A DNA stretch of 64,000 bases from Patescibacteria group bacterium (GTDB lineage: Bacteria > Patescibacteriota > WWE3 > UBA101185 > UBA10185). The notes under the pieces were generated by a model that did no database searches, had not been told where the DNA came from, and worked only from the letters and a program-made list of their open reading frames with translations. Shown here piece by piece: positions 36,593-46,060 of this stretch (position 1 is the first letter of the stretch; each line of letters begins with the position of its first letter). The stretch covers positions 238,619 through 302,618 of the forward strand of contig JAHJEV010000003.1 of NCBI GenBank assembly GCA_018825365.1, read 5' to 3'. The position numbers and the translations under genes were made by a program.

Positions 36593-37737
36593 AATAAATT
36601 TTTAAAGATTGTATCAAACTCTGCGGCTGAAATCTCCCACGAGTACTTCTTTGAGTTCGTTAAACCTTTTTGAATTAGATCGTTACGTAACACATCGTTT
36701 GTAAGCATTTTATTCATGCACTCAGCGATCTGATCGGCTTCTTGAGCATTAGCCAAAAGGGCCGCGTCACCGCATATTTCTATAAGACTGGAGTTATCTG
36801 AGGTAATAACAGGGCAGCTATTTTGCATCGCCTCAAGTATAGGGAGCCCAAACCCCTCATAATAAGGACAGTAAACAAGACATACCGCTTTAGCGTATAA
36901 AACCTTAAGTTCCAAGGCGCTTATATAACGGTCGGTTAACACTACCTGATTGGAGTTTAAACCGAATGAATTCACAGAACGATTGATAATACTTTCCATT
37001 TCTCTGTTGTTAACTACAACCACCAGTTTTAGATCTCCGTTTATTTTCGCAACCTTTGAAAATGCCTCAATGGTTTTTTCAACATTTTTTCTTTTGGAAG
37101 TTCCCATGGTCAGAAAATATTTAGTGTTTTCGGTCAGACATAACCCTTTTAATATCTCTCTTCCTCTCTTGTCTGGGATTACGCCTGATTTTAAATCCCG
37201 ATCTATTCCTAAGTGAACGACCTTGACCATAGATTCATCAATTTTAAACAATTTTAATAAATCGTTTTTGGTGCAATTTGAAATAGTAACGATGCTATCT
37301 GCGCGTTTAAGGCTGGTCTTTAGATATATATCGTAATAGGTTTTGAGTGTAAGGGTTGTGGTCTTTGGAACAATAAATGTACACAAATCTAAAACTCCAA
37401 CAATGTGAGGAACTTTTCTATTTTTAAAAAATGGAAGTATGTCAACAGGGCTGAAATATAAATCGTACTTTTTTATATATTTATTAATAAAGAAAATATC
37501 GAATAAAACTCCGAAGATGTTGTTATTAAACCCCCAAGCACTCACCAAATGAACATTTTTATAAGACAAAAGGTCGTTTATATAGGTATTAGAGTTATCG
37601 TAATTAACTACAATTATGTAGAAATCAAAATCCCGGGATTGGCTTACCAGTGCACGAAGTAAGTTGTAAACATAGCTTTGAACCCCTGTGTAAGGTTGTT
37701 GCAGCAGGCGTAGATTTATAAGAATCTTCTTTTTCAT
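36589..37737 (-). CDS. Glycosyltransferase family 4
   Basis: TGVQSY, RKN and YEGFGLPILEAM motifs. Start moved to ATG 37737. Confidence 0.92.
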   Translation of the reverse strand: MKKKILINLRLLQQPYTGVQSYVYNLLRALVSQSRDFDFYIIVVNYDNSNTYINDLLSYKNVHLVSAWGFNNNIFGVLFDIFFINKYIKKYDLYFSPVDILPFFKNRKVPHIVGVLDLCTFIVPKTTTLTLKTYYDIYLKTSLKRADSIVTISNCTKNDLLKLFKIDESMVKVVHLGIDRDLKSGVIPDKRGREILKGLCLTENTKYFLTMGTSKRKNVEKTIEAFSKVAKINGDLKLVVVVNNREMESIINRSVNSFGLNSNQVVLTDRYISALELKVLYAKAVCLVYCPYYEGFGLPILEAMQNSCPVITSDNSSLIEICGDAALLANAQEADQIAECMNKMLTNDVLRNDLIQKGLTNSKKYSWEISAAEFDTIFKNLL

Positions 37738-38336
37738 TTTTGTGAAACCATCCAAAGTTGTCCGCCCAGACCCAGGTTGTTCACAAAAAGCTGTACAACT
37801 TTTGGAAGAGGGTGAAAGGGAGCAGTGGCTTTGACAACTTTAAATCCGGCAACCTCCAAGATAAACTCCAGTGACTTTGAAGTAAATAAGTATTTGTGCG
37901 TTTTATCCCCATACCCGTGCCATGATTTTCCAGATAAAAATCTGCCCAAAGAGTTTAAATTAGGGGTAGTTAGTAATAACTTACCGTTAGGTTTTAAAAT
38001 ACGTCGGCATTCCCGTAAAAACCCCACTGGGCTTTCCAAATGTTCTATCACATCAAATGCTGAAATAAAACTAAACGTATCGTTTGCAAAAATTCCCAGT
38101 CCCTTATCACAGTCATGCTTGGTAAGTTGGGCTTTAGTTACTTTTTTTGCTTCATCAAGATATTCCTCAGATATGTCAATTCCCCAAGTCTTTAAACCAA
38201 AATCGTCACAGCATTTTAAGAACGAGCCTGTAGCGCAGCCTATATCTAACACCGAGGAACCCTTTGCAATCCCTTCTTTTATAATCGCTTCGGGAAAATA
38301 TATTTTATTTATTAATGTTTCAGACTTTATTATCAT
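37734..38336 (-). CDS. Class I SAM-dependent methyltransferase
   Basis: VLDIGCATG, FDVIEHL and TTPN motifs. Confidence 0.9.
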   Translation of the reverse strand: MIIKSETLINKIYFPEAIIKEGIAKGSSVLDIGCATGSFLKCCDDFGLKTWGIDISEEYLDEAKKVTKAQLTKHDCDKGLGIFANDTFSFISAFDVIEHLESPVGFLRECRRILKPNGKLLLTTPNLNSLGRFLSGKSWHGYGDKTHKYLFTSKSLEFILEVAGFKVVKATAPFHPLPKVVQLFVNNLGLGGQLWMVSQK

Positions 38337-38337
38337 C

Positions 38338-39063
38338 TTATTTCTTCTTGGCCTGTAAATAAAACCTTGTCGGGATGGTCTGATTTGACACTAAACCCTC
38401 AAATATTTTCTTGTACATCCACACCGAGGTTTTATATTGGCGGTGAAATATGTGTTTATAGATATACAAAATTAGCATATCTATATCCCAGTAAATATTT
38501 CCTATCAAGTCAAGCTTTGTTAATTTAAAACCACCTTCCTCAAGCATACTCAGCATCTGCTTTTTTGAGTAATGGCGATGGCCAAGAAACCAGGCAGGGT
38601 CTATAAAATTAAAAATGTGGCTGTACATAGTACTTAAGACTAAACTACCGTCAGGTTTTAAAAGTTCACCAAGCGTTTTAAGCACTGCAGTCTCTGTGTC
38701 CTGTGGTACGTGCTCAATAACATCAAGAATAAATACAGTATCAAAGAAGTTTTTATATTTTTCCAAAAATACCTTCGGAGGGTTTATGAGATCCAACTCC
38801 TGAAAAGTATACTCAGGGAAGTTCCTCCTGGCGGTGGCTAACGCGTCCTTATTAATATCACTTCCAACTAATTCACATTTAATACCCTCTTTTTTTATCT
38901 CCCCTTCCAAAGTGCCCGTCCAGCACCCTGCATCAAGCACCTTTTTCCCCTCTATGTCCTTCTTGAATGTTTTCACAACATGTTCATGTTGATAGTTAGT
39001 CCTAATACAGGCATCGTTTAGGTTTTGAAATTCCATTTGTCCGTTGTAAAAGAAAGATCTCAT
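38338..39063 (-). CDS. Class I SAM-dependent methyltransferase
   Basis: VLDAGCWTG, DVIEHV and HRHY motifs. Confidence 0.9.
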   Translation of the reverse strand: MRSFFYNGQMEFQNLNDACIRTNYQHEHVVKTFKKDIEGKKVLDAGCWTGTLEGEIKKEGIKCELVGSDINKDALATARRNFPEYTFQELDLINPPKVFLEKYKNFFDTVFILDVIEHVPQDTETAVLKTLGELLKPDGSLVLSTMYSHIFNFIDPAWFLGHRHYSKKQMLSMLEEGGFKLTKLDLIGNIYWDIDMLILYIYKHIFHRQYKTSVWMYKKIFEGLVSNQTIPTRFYLQAKKK

Positions 39064-39064
39064 T

Positions 39065-40246
39065 TTATAAACTCCTTTCGGTAAATAGTGTTTTATACAA
39101 ACTGTAGTAGCTTTCTGCCGTAGCTTGCGGCGTTCTGGATTGCGCTTTTATACTAACATTTTTCTCAATCTCTGCCACTAACTGCGGGTTATCTACAATA
39201 TACTCAAACGCCTTGTCCCACTTGTCGTTTTCAACCAATATACCGGTTTTGTTGTCATCAATATCCTCCAAAAAATGCCCGATGTTTGAAGTAAGCACAC
39301 ACTTATGGTAGCTATTTGAATGGAAAAGCGGACCGCTGGATCCCATGGATAAAATTGCAGGGATTACCACCGCAGAAGCGTGAGTATACAAATCATCCTG
39401 CATCTCTTGCTTGATAAAGCCTTTTATTTCCACTTTATTTTCAAGCCTGTACTTTTTTACCATTTCTTTAATTTCTTCAAACGCCTGTTCCTGGCCTTCA
39501 ATAACACCGCCAGCCAGGATAAATTTAAAATCCGACATGGGGTGCTTGTCACTAAACTTCTTGAAACCCTCAAGCGCAAAACCCAAACCTTTTCTTCTTA
39601 CCATATAACCAAAATAGAAAAAGTAATGGTCATTAGTTGCGTTTGACATGTCACGCTTCGGGATGGCGGTTGGAATGACCTGAATCTTTTTGGCAGGGGC
39701 ACCGTAGTCCTGGGTTAAAATTTGTTTTGTAAGGTTTGTATGAACAATATTAAAGTTTGAAAAGTTGGTTACTGTAAAATAGACATAACTAAAAAAAGCT
39801 TTTACCAAAAAGGGGCTTATTTTATCCGGATCGTACCCAAAGGTTTCGATAAATTTTGTGTTGACCTGCTTTTTATACACCGTTGCATGTACTGTTGTTA
39901 CAACTTTAAAGCCCATGATTCTTGCCGTCAGTATTAGAAAGGGAAACATTACTGCCGTAATTTGACCGCCATACATATTTAACTCGTGTTGAAAATGCAC
40001 AATGTTTGGTTTGTCTATGCGTAACTGTTTGAGAATTTCAAAAAAAAACCTCCAGCTCTTAGACCAAACAGGCTTAATAGTTCCACAACCGGCAATGTCC
40101 AGATTTTCCTGTCTTTTGTCTGTATAAACTACTAATTCGATGTTGGGATTTAAGGCTAACCCTGACGTTATATACTGCGAATAATGCCCATTGGGAAGCA
40201 TTCCCGATACGAAGACAACTTTGAGTTTTTTGCTAGTTATAGCCAC
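39065..40246 (-). CDS. Glycosyltransferase family 4
   Basis: HFQHE, TTVH, FGYMVRRKG and SSGPL motifs. Confidence 0.85.
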   Translation of the reverse strand: MAITSKKLKVVFVSGMLPNGHYSQYITSGLALNPNIELVVYTDKRQENLDIAGCGTIKPVWSKSWRFFFEILKQLRIDKPNIVHFQHELNMYGGQITAVMFPFLILTARIMGFKVVTTVHATVYKKQVNTKFIETFGYDPDKISPFLVKAFFSYVYFTVTNFSNFNIVHTNLTKQILTQDYGAPAKKIQVIPTAIPKRDMSNATNDHYFFYFGYMVRRKGLGFALEGFKKFSDKHPMSDFKFILAGGVIEGQEQAFEEIKEMVKKYRLENKVEIKGFIKQEMQDDLYTHASAVVIPAILSMGSSGPLFHSNSYHKCVLTSNIGHFLEDIDDNKTGILVENDKWDKAFEYIVDNPQLVAEIEKNVSIKAQSRTPQATAESYYSLYKTLFTERSL

Positions 40247-40257
40247 TTTTGCAACAG

Positions 40258-42567
40258 TTAAATAATTTCAAATTTCGGTAAAGGGAAAACTAAGTGCCCA
40301 CCTTGTTTTAAATAATCCTTTTCCTTTTCAATTATGGTATCCCTAAAATGCCAAGGCAGGACAAAAAGATAATCCGGCTTTAATTTTCTAGCCTCAGATT
40401 CAGGGATAATTGGTATTCGTGTACCCGGAGTAGTTCTACCGTATTTATATTCGTTGACTTCCGCGATAGCTGGTAGTAGTTCGTAATTAATATCGAAATA
40501 CTGTAATAAAACATTTCCTTTAGTGGAAGCGCCGTAACCAAAAATCTTTTTGTTTTCAGATTTTATTTTTCGCAAAAATCCAATAACATCCATTTTAGTT
40601 TTATCTATATTCTCTTTAAATTCATCAAATACTTTGCTGGTCGAAAACAACTTATTTTCTTTTGCTAACGCTCGTGCGAGTTTAGGTCCGCAGTCTTTAT
40701 AGATAGAATCTTTTTTAGCAATTACCAAGATAAAACTCCCCCCGTTGGTATCGTTAAAATCCAAATCAACAATTTTTAAATGAGCTTTATCACACATCCA
40801 AAGAATTTGTTTTAAACCGTAGTACTCCACATGTTCGTGACAAATGGTATCAAAGGATCTCTGTTTTAACATTTCAGGAAAATAGCTCTGTTCCGTAACC
40901 CAAATTCCTTCTTTATCATCTAATACGCTTGCAATGGATTTTACAAATTTTAGTGGTTCAAGAAGGTCATAAAACATGGCGATTGTTGTAACAATTTTAG
41001 CTTTTTTAGACGTAAACCCTTTTACAACCTGAGCGCTAAAGAATTTTGAAATATATTTAACGTAGCGTGGATAATATTCTTTAAACTTTTTGGCAGTTGG
41101 ATCTATACCCAAAAGTAGATATCCCTTATCCCCATATAAACTTAATAGCGTCCCATCGTTGCTACCAATATCTACAATTAAATCCCCTTTCTCCAGTTTC
41201 ACTAGTTTTGTTAGTTTCTCCACTATCCCACTAAGATGCGTTACCATGGATTTATTAAGTCCTGATCTATAACCATAATTGTCGCCGTAAAGTTCGGTAA
41301 GATCGTAATCATGTGCAAGCTGTGTTAGGCCGCAACCCTCTCCGTTTCGATCGTCGCATTTTACTAACGCAAGTGGGCCTACAGTTACCCGCTCACTTGG
41401 TAATGGGAAAACTCCGGTAAGACTTTGATTTCCTAAACTGATAATTTCATATAGTTTTTTGTTTCCGCAGATCCTGCAACTATCAATCCTTTTGCAAGTT
41501 ACGTCGCTTTCATTTTTACGATTGGCCCCACTTAGTTCTCTTTGGACATCGTTAATATCTTCTTTGATCATTATGTTTACTAATTCAGAAAAACTTGTGC
41601 GTGGTTTCCAGCCAAGTAGCTTTTTTGCTTTAGTGGCATCCCCGAGCAATTGCTCTACTTCCGCAGGTCTAAAAAAAGCCGGATCTACTTCAACAAGTGT
41701 TTTTCCGGTATTAGTTTCGATACCCTTCTCCCCGACACCTTTTCCTACCCACTTAATGTTTATACCTACACGCTTAAAAGACTCTTCACAAAAATCTCGC
41801 ACCGTGTGGTTTTTTCCCATAGCAATCACGAAATCCTGCGGTTCTTTCTGCTGTAGCATTAGCCACATAGCCTCTACGTAATCTTTTGCGTAACCCCAGT
41901 CTCTTTGGGCACCTAAATTACCTAGCACAAGTTTATCCTGTAGCCCATACTTTATTCGGGCAACAGACTTGGTGATTTTCTTTGTTACAAAAAGATCTCC
42001 ACGTCTGGGAGATTCGTGATTAAAAAGAATTCCGTTTACACAAAACAGATTGAAAGATTCTCTGTAGTTTATTGTAATCCAGTATGCATAGAGCTTCGCC
42101 ACTCCATAGGGAGATCTGGGATGAAATGGAGTATTTTCGTTTTGGGGCGTTTCTCTAACCTTTCCAAAAAGTTCAGATGTTGACGCCTGATAGAACTTAC
42201 ATTTGGGAACTATAGTTTTCATTGCCTCCAAAAGGCGTAATGTACCCAAAGCATTGACTTCTCCTGTAAGTTCCGGCTCTTGAAAGGATATATGTACTTG
42301 AGACTGTGCCGCTAGGTTATATATCTCATCAGGTTTTATACTTTCGATTATTCTATGAATATTAGCTGAGTCGGTTAGATCGCCATATAGCAGGTGTACC
42401 CGTTTAATAATAATTTCAGGAAGGTTGATAAGATGGTTTATTCTCTCTGTATTAGAAACGGAGCTGGATCTTTGTATCCCATAAACCTCATACCCCTTAT
42501 GGAGCAAAAACTCCGCTAAATATGAGCCGTCTTGTCCGGTTATTCCTGTGATAAGAGCTTTTTTCAT
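40258..42567 (-). CDS. gmd: Fusion: GDP-mannose 4,6-dehydratase + NDP-hexose C-methyltransferase
   Basis: N-half has [46 protein letters not shown] and [10 protein letters not shown]-half has the CRIC..C..C Zn site, [29 protein letters not shown] and LPWHF. Start moved to ATG 42567. Confidence 0.92.
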   Translation of the reverse strand: MKKALITGITGQDGSYLAEFLLHKGYEVYGIQRSSSVSNTERINHLINLPEIIIKRVHLLYGDLTDSANIHRIIESIKPDEIYNLAAQSQVHISFQEPELTGEVNALGTLRLLEAMKTIVPKCKFYQASTSELFGKVRETPQNENTPFHPRSPYGVAKLYAYWITINYRESFNLFCVNGILFNHESPRRGDLFVTKKITKSVARIKYGLQDKLVLGNLGAQRDWGYAKDYVEAMWLMLQQKEPQDFVIAMGKNHTVRDFCEESFKRVGINIKWVGKGVGEKGIETNTGKTLVEVDPAFFRPAEVEQLLGDATKAKKLLGWKPRTSFSELVNIMIKEDINDVQRELSGANRKNESDVTCKRIDSCRICGNKKLYEIISLGNQSLTGVFPLPSERVTVGPLALVKCDDRNGEGCGLTQLAHDYDLTELYGDNYGYRSGLNKSMVTHLSGIVEKLTKLVKLEKGDLIVDIGSNDGTLLSLYGDKGYLLLGIDPTAKKFKEYYPRYVKYISKFFSAQVVKGFTSKKAKIVTTIAMFYDLLEPLKFVKSIASVLDDKEGIWVTEQSYFPEMLKQRSFDTICHEHVEYYGLKQILWMCDKAHLKIVDLDFNDTNGGSFILVIAKKDSIYKDCGPKLARALAKENKLFSTSKVFDEFKENIDKTKMDVIGFLRKIKSENKKIFGYGASTKGNVLLQYFDINYELLPAIAEVNEYKYGRTTPGTRIPIIPESEARKLKPDYLFVLPWHFRDTIIEKEKDYLKQGGHLVFPLPKFEII

Positions 42568-42615
42568 AACTAGGGCATTATATAACATAAAATATACAAA
42601 ACCATCACTTACTTT

Positions 42616-44220
42616 TTAACTCTTCAAACGTTTGATAAATCCTCTACCTGCATCGACCCAAAACTTAGGAGACAACATATTAACTTTAGTTTGATTCTTA
42701 TCAAAATCAAACAAATGGCCTATTAGTTTCTTTGCGGAGTAAGCTAAAAATTTAACATCCTGCCAACTTCTAATACCTGTAATTTTCCTGTACAAATACT
42801 GAGGGGAGAGAAACGATGAATACAATGCTTGGGTGAGTTCCATCAGTCTTTCCTGCGAAAAGGGAACGCTCATAACTGGTTTTCTCATATCAAACTGCTC
42901 ATAATCTTTTGGGTCTACAATAAACCATTTATTCTCCAAGCACTGCTTATAAAGCTCAGATCCGGGATAGGGAATGACAATTGTAGCCTGCATGGTATCT
43001 ACATGTCCGTCTTTAAACAGCTTTTTTGCCAAAACGATCGTGTTTTGAGCCATTTCCTCTGTCTCCCATGGGTACCCAAGCATAACAGTAATGTGAGGCT
43101 CAAGACCGGCCTTTTTTGCTTCCGCAAGATGCGGCTCTATTTCCTCCACTTTCAATCCTTTTTGGAGCCTGTCCAAAGTTTCCTGATTTGCCGACTCAAG
43201 ACCATAAAGGATAAATCTGAAATTAGCTTTCTTCATCAGCTCGCAGTATTCCTTAGTTAAGGCGTTTATCCTCATATTACAGCTGTATACTACTTTCTTG
43301 TTGTAACCGGAATTAATCATTAATTCACAAAATTTCTTTAACGGGGCGCCAATATAAAATGTTCCAGCATCGTCAAATATTTCTTTCACGCCATATGTAT
43401 CAACAACATGTTTTACTTCCTCAAATAGTCTTTCAGGACTAAATCTTCTGTATGTTCCAAAGGGATACAAAGTGAAATTCCATATACAAAAAGTACACTT
43501 ACCCCACCAACAATCTCTTCCAGAATACATATAAGTCCCGGGTTTATACTTATAATTCCCGTTTTCATACGCATAAAGCTCCCACTTCGTCAGGTCCCTG
43601 TCTATAAAAGGTAAAACGTCCAACTCGTGTTTCATATCAACAGGTCCGGAGTTCCAGTATTTCCCATGATGGGCTGCAGTTTCACCAAGCTTGACACTTT
43701 TGTTCTCTTCCCTTCCCCAAATTCCTCCTGTTAATATCTCTCCACTTTCAATAGATCTGACCAGATCCAAAAGAAGAAAATCATAGTCCCCCCCGGTTAT
43801 TATGTAATCGGCAGGACATCTTTCTAAAGTCTCAACGGGAAGGTAAGTTACGTGATCCCCAACCATAACAATTATTAAATTCGGAAATTTTTGCTTGATC
43901 TGCTTTACCAGTCCCCAACAAATCTTTATAACGGGGGTCTTCGATTCAATCATTACTAAATCCGGTTTTTCATCTTCAAGCTGCCCCGTCCACTCATCAA
44001 ATGTTTTTTTCTCCGCAATTCCATCCATCCAGATAACCTCGTAACCTTTTGACTTAAGCAAGGAAGCAGCGTAAGCCGGGACCATCGGATAAACATATGT
44101 AGGAGCATTAAAGTATTGGAACTGTCTGTTTTGGGATAAAAGCGGAACTCCCTTATCACTTTGGATTGGCGGATAACCTATTGCAACTTTAAATGTTTTT
44201 TTTTGCTTATCTTTTGGCAT
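42616..44220 (-). CDS. B12-binding-domain radical SAM protein (HpnJ-like)
   Basis: N-terminal B12-binding-like Rossmann domain (VMVGDHVTYLP, GDYD), LPFIDR, RDCWWGKCTFC (Cx4Cx2C), FDD, GLES, GYPWET and PYPGSEL motifs. Confidence 0.88.
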   Translation of the reverse strand: MPKDKQKKTFKVAIGYPPIQSDKGVPLLSQNRQFQYFNAPTYVYPMVPAYAASLLKSKGYEVIWMDGIAEKKTFDEWTGQLEDEKPDLVMIESKTPVIKICWGLVKQIKQKFPNLIIVMVGDHVTYLPVETLERCPADYIITGGDYDFLLLDLVRSIESGEILTGGIWGREENKSVKLGETAAHHGKYWNSGPVDMKHELDVLPFIDRDLTKWELYAYENGNYKYKPGTYMYSGRDCWWGKCTFCIWNFTLYPFGTYRRFSPERLFEEVKHVVDTYGVKEIFDDAGTFYIGAPLKKFCELMINSGYNKKVVYSCNMRINALTKEYCELMKKANFRFILYGLESANQETLDRLQKGLKVEEIEPHLAEAKKAGLEPHITVMLGYPWETEEMAQNTIVLAKKLFKDGHVDTMQATIVIPYPGSELYKQCLENKWFIVDPKDYEQFDMRKPVMSVPFSQERLMELTQALYSSFLSPQYLYRKITGIRSWQDVKFLAYSAKKLIGHLFDFDKNQTKVNMLSPKFWVDAGRGFIKRLKS

Positions 44221-44223
44221 AAC

Positions 44224-45237
44224 TCAACCTTCAACATAATTCCCAGTTTTCTCATCAAATCTTTTTAATTTTAACTTAGGTTTTCTTAATAAACCAATTA
44301 GAAAATTGACTCCATAAACGACATGGGTCATAAACACTGCTACCTCAAACTCAAAGAATGCGACAATATTCTTCTCTTTAAAAGCAACTTTTGCCGACTC
44401 GAAGAACAAAACCGAGAGATAAACAATAATAACCCAATAATAAATGTTCCACAAAGGGGGAATGAGAAAGCAAAGAAACGGTCCTAAAACTATACCAAGA
44501 ACAAAAGCTGATGGAGCAAAATAACTAGGTATTCTTGAGGTTTCAGGAAATATTTTTGCAAACTGTCCTCTGTGTTGTCCATACCTTGAAATTTGTTTCA
44601 GATGGGGAAGTAGTAACCCTCTTCTGTGGTGGTAAACCAAAACTGATGGATCATACGAAAACCTCCTATCATATTTTTTAACTAAATCCAAACAAAGTTT
44701 GGTGTCTTCTCCCGGCCAAAATTCAGTTGTAAATCCTCCAACAGAGTCAAAAGAGTCCTTTCTTACAAAAAGATTTACCGAAGGATAATCATCAACCATT
44801 CTTTTTGGCTTAGGTATATATCTGTATGTTGTGTTGCCACTCACAAATGCGGACTCTATCACTCTACCAAACATCCTCTCGGAGTACCCAGCATCTAAAG
44901 GAGTTTCGGCAGGTCCTCCCAGTGCGTAAATACTGGCATCCGCAAATATAATTGCTGCATTCGTCAGCCAATCTTTTTTAGGATAGGAGTCGTCGTCTAA
45001 AAAGGCTAATATTTCCCCTGTTGCATTTCTTGCTCCCTGATTTCTTTTTCCTCCTGGGCTAAATTGATCGGCAAGCAAAAGTTTGAATCTGGAATCTCCA
45101 AAGTCAAACTCCTCTTTTACGTCCGTAATAATAAACACCTCAAAATTTGAGTAATTTAGGTTTTTTACATGAAAAATTATTTCTTTTACGTAATCGTTTA
45201 TTTTTCTAACGATTATTACTATCGAGAACTTAATCAT
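44224..45237 (-). CDS. Glycosyltransferase family 2 with C-terminal TM helices
   Basis: KRNQGA, FLDDD, GGF, PGED and YHHRR motifs. Confidence 0.9.
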   Translation of the reverse strand: MIKFSIVIIVRKINDYVKEIIFHVKNLNYSNFEVFIITDVKEEFDFGDSRFKLLLADQFSPGGKRNQGARNATGEILAFLDDDSYPKKDWLTNAAIIFADASIYALGGPAETPLDAGYSERMFGRVIESAFVSGNTTYRYIPKPKRMVDDYPSVNLFVRKDSFDSVGGFTTEFWPGEDTKLCLDLVKKYDRRFSYDPSVLVYHHRRGLLLPHLKQISRYGQHRGQFAKIFPETSRIPSYFAPSAFVLGIVLGPFLCFLIPPLWNIYYWVIIVYLSVLFFESAKVAFKEKNIVAFFEFEVAVFMTHVVYGVNFLIGLLRKPKLKLKRFDEKTGNYVEG

Positions 45238-46060
45238 TTATTACTTCTCCTGTATTAACCCTCATATCAAGCTCTTTGTCGTATACCCAAAGTCTTTTGC
45301 TTTTATCGCTATAATAATGAAGAATTTTTAATCTATAAAAAACCGCAAGAGTGTCTAAAATCATATTTCTTATATTCTTATCCAAAAATAAAAAGGGTGT
45401 GAAATTAGTGTTAGCGTTATTCCAATCTATTTGTATTGGAGCCTCGTAAATTCTTTCAAATCCCAAATATTTTGAAACTGCCAATATTTCTATATCAAAA
45501 GCAAACGCTTTGACCAGAAGTCTTGGCAAAACCTTTTCTAACACTTCTCTTTTAAAAACCTTAAGACCGGACTGAGTATCTGTAATCTTCAAACCAAAGA
45601 GAATTCTGACAAATCTACTGTAAACCCAACTATAAAGTCTTCTTATAAAAGGGTATGCGACTTTTGATGCTGGGTGTCTTTTGCTTCCAACAATTATATC
45701 GGCGTTGTACCACTGCATGTGCTCCAAAATCATAGATACCCCATTCGGATTTATATCCATTCCGGAATCAATGAAAACAATGTAATCACCAAGGGACCTT
45801 GCCATTCCGTATCTTATTGCATAGCCTTTTCCCCTGTTTGTCTTATACCCGACAACCTTAACATCGAAAGTTTCAAGCGTTTTTGCCATTTCGTATGTTT
45901 TATCCATAAACCCATCAACAACAACAATAACTTCATAGGCCCACCTAGTTTGGGACATTACATCGACAATTCTTTGAACATCTTTAACAATGGTTTTTTC
46001 TTGTTTATAAGCAGGGATTATTACTGAAACTAATTTTTTATCTGCAGTATTTTCGGACAT
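45230..46060 (-). CDS. GT2, polyprenol-phosphate glycosyltransferase (DPM/DPG synthase-like)
   Basis: SVIIPAY, VVDG, NRGKG, GSKRHP, DTQSGLK and FAFDIE motifs. Confidence 0.88.
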   Translation of the reverse strand: MSENTADKKLVSVIIPAYKQEKTIVKDVQRIVDVMSQTRWAYEVIVVVDGFMDKTYEMAKTLETFDVKVVGYKTNRGKGYAIRYGMARSLGDYIVFIDSGMDINPNGVSMILEHMQWYNADIIVGSKRHPASKVAYPFIRRLYSWVYSRFVRILFGLKITDTQSGLKVFKREVLEKVLPRLLVKAFAFDIEILAVSKYLGFERIYEAPIQIDWNNANTNFTPFLFLDKNIRNMILDTLAVFYRLKILHYYSDKSKRLWVYDKELDMRVNTGEVIND

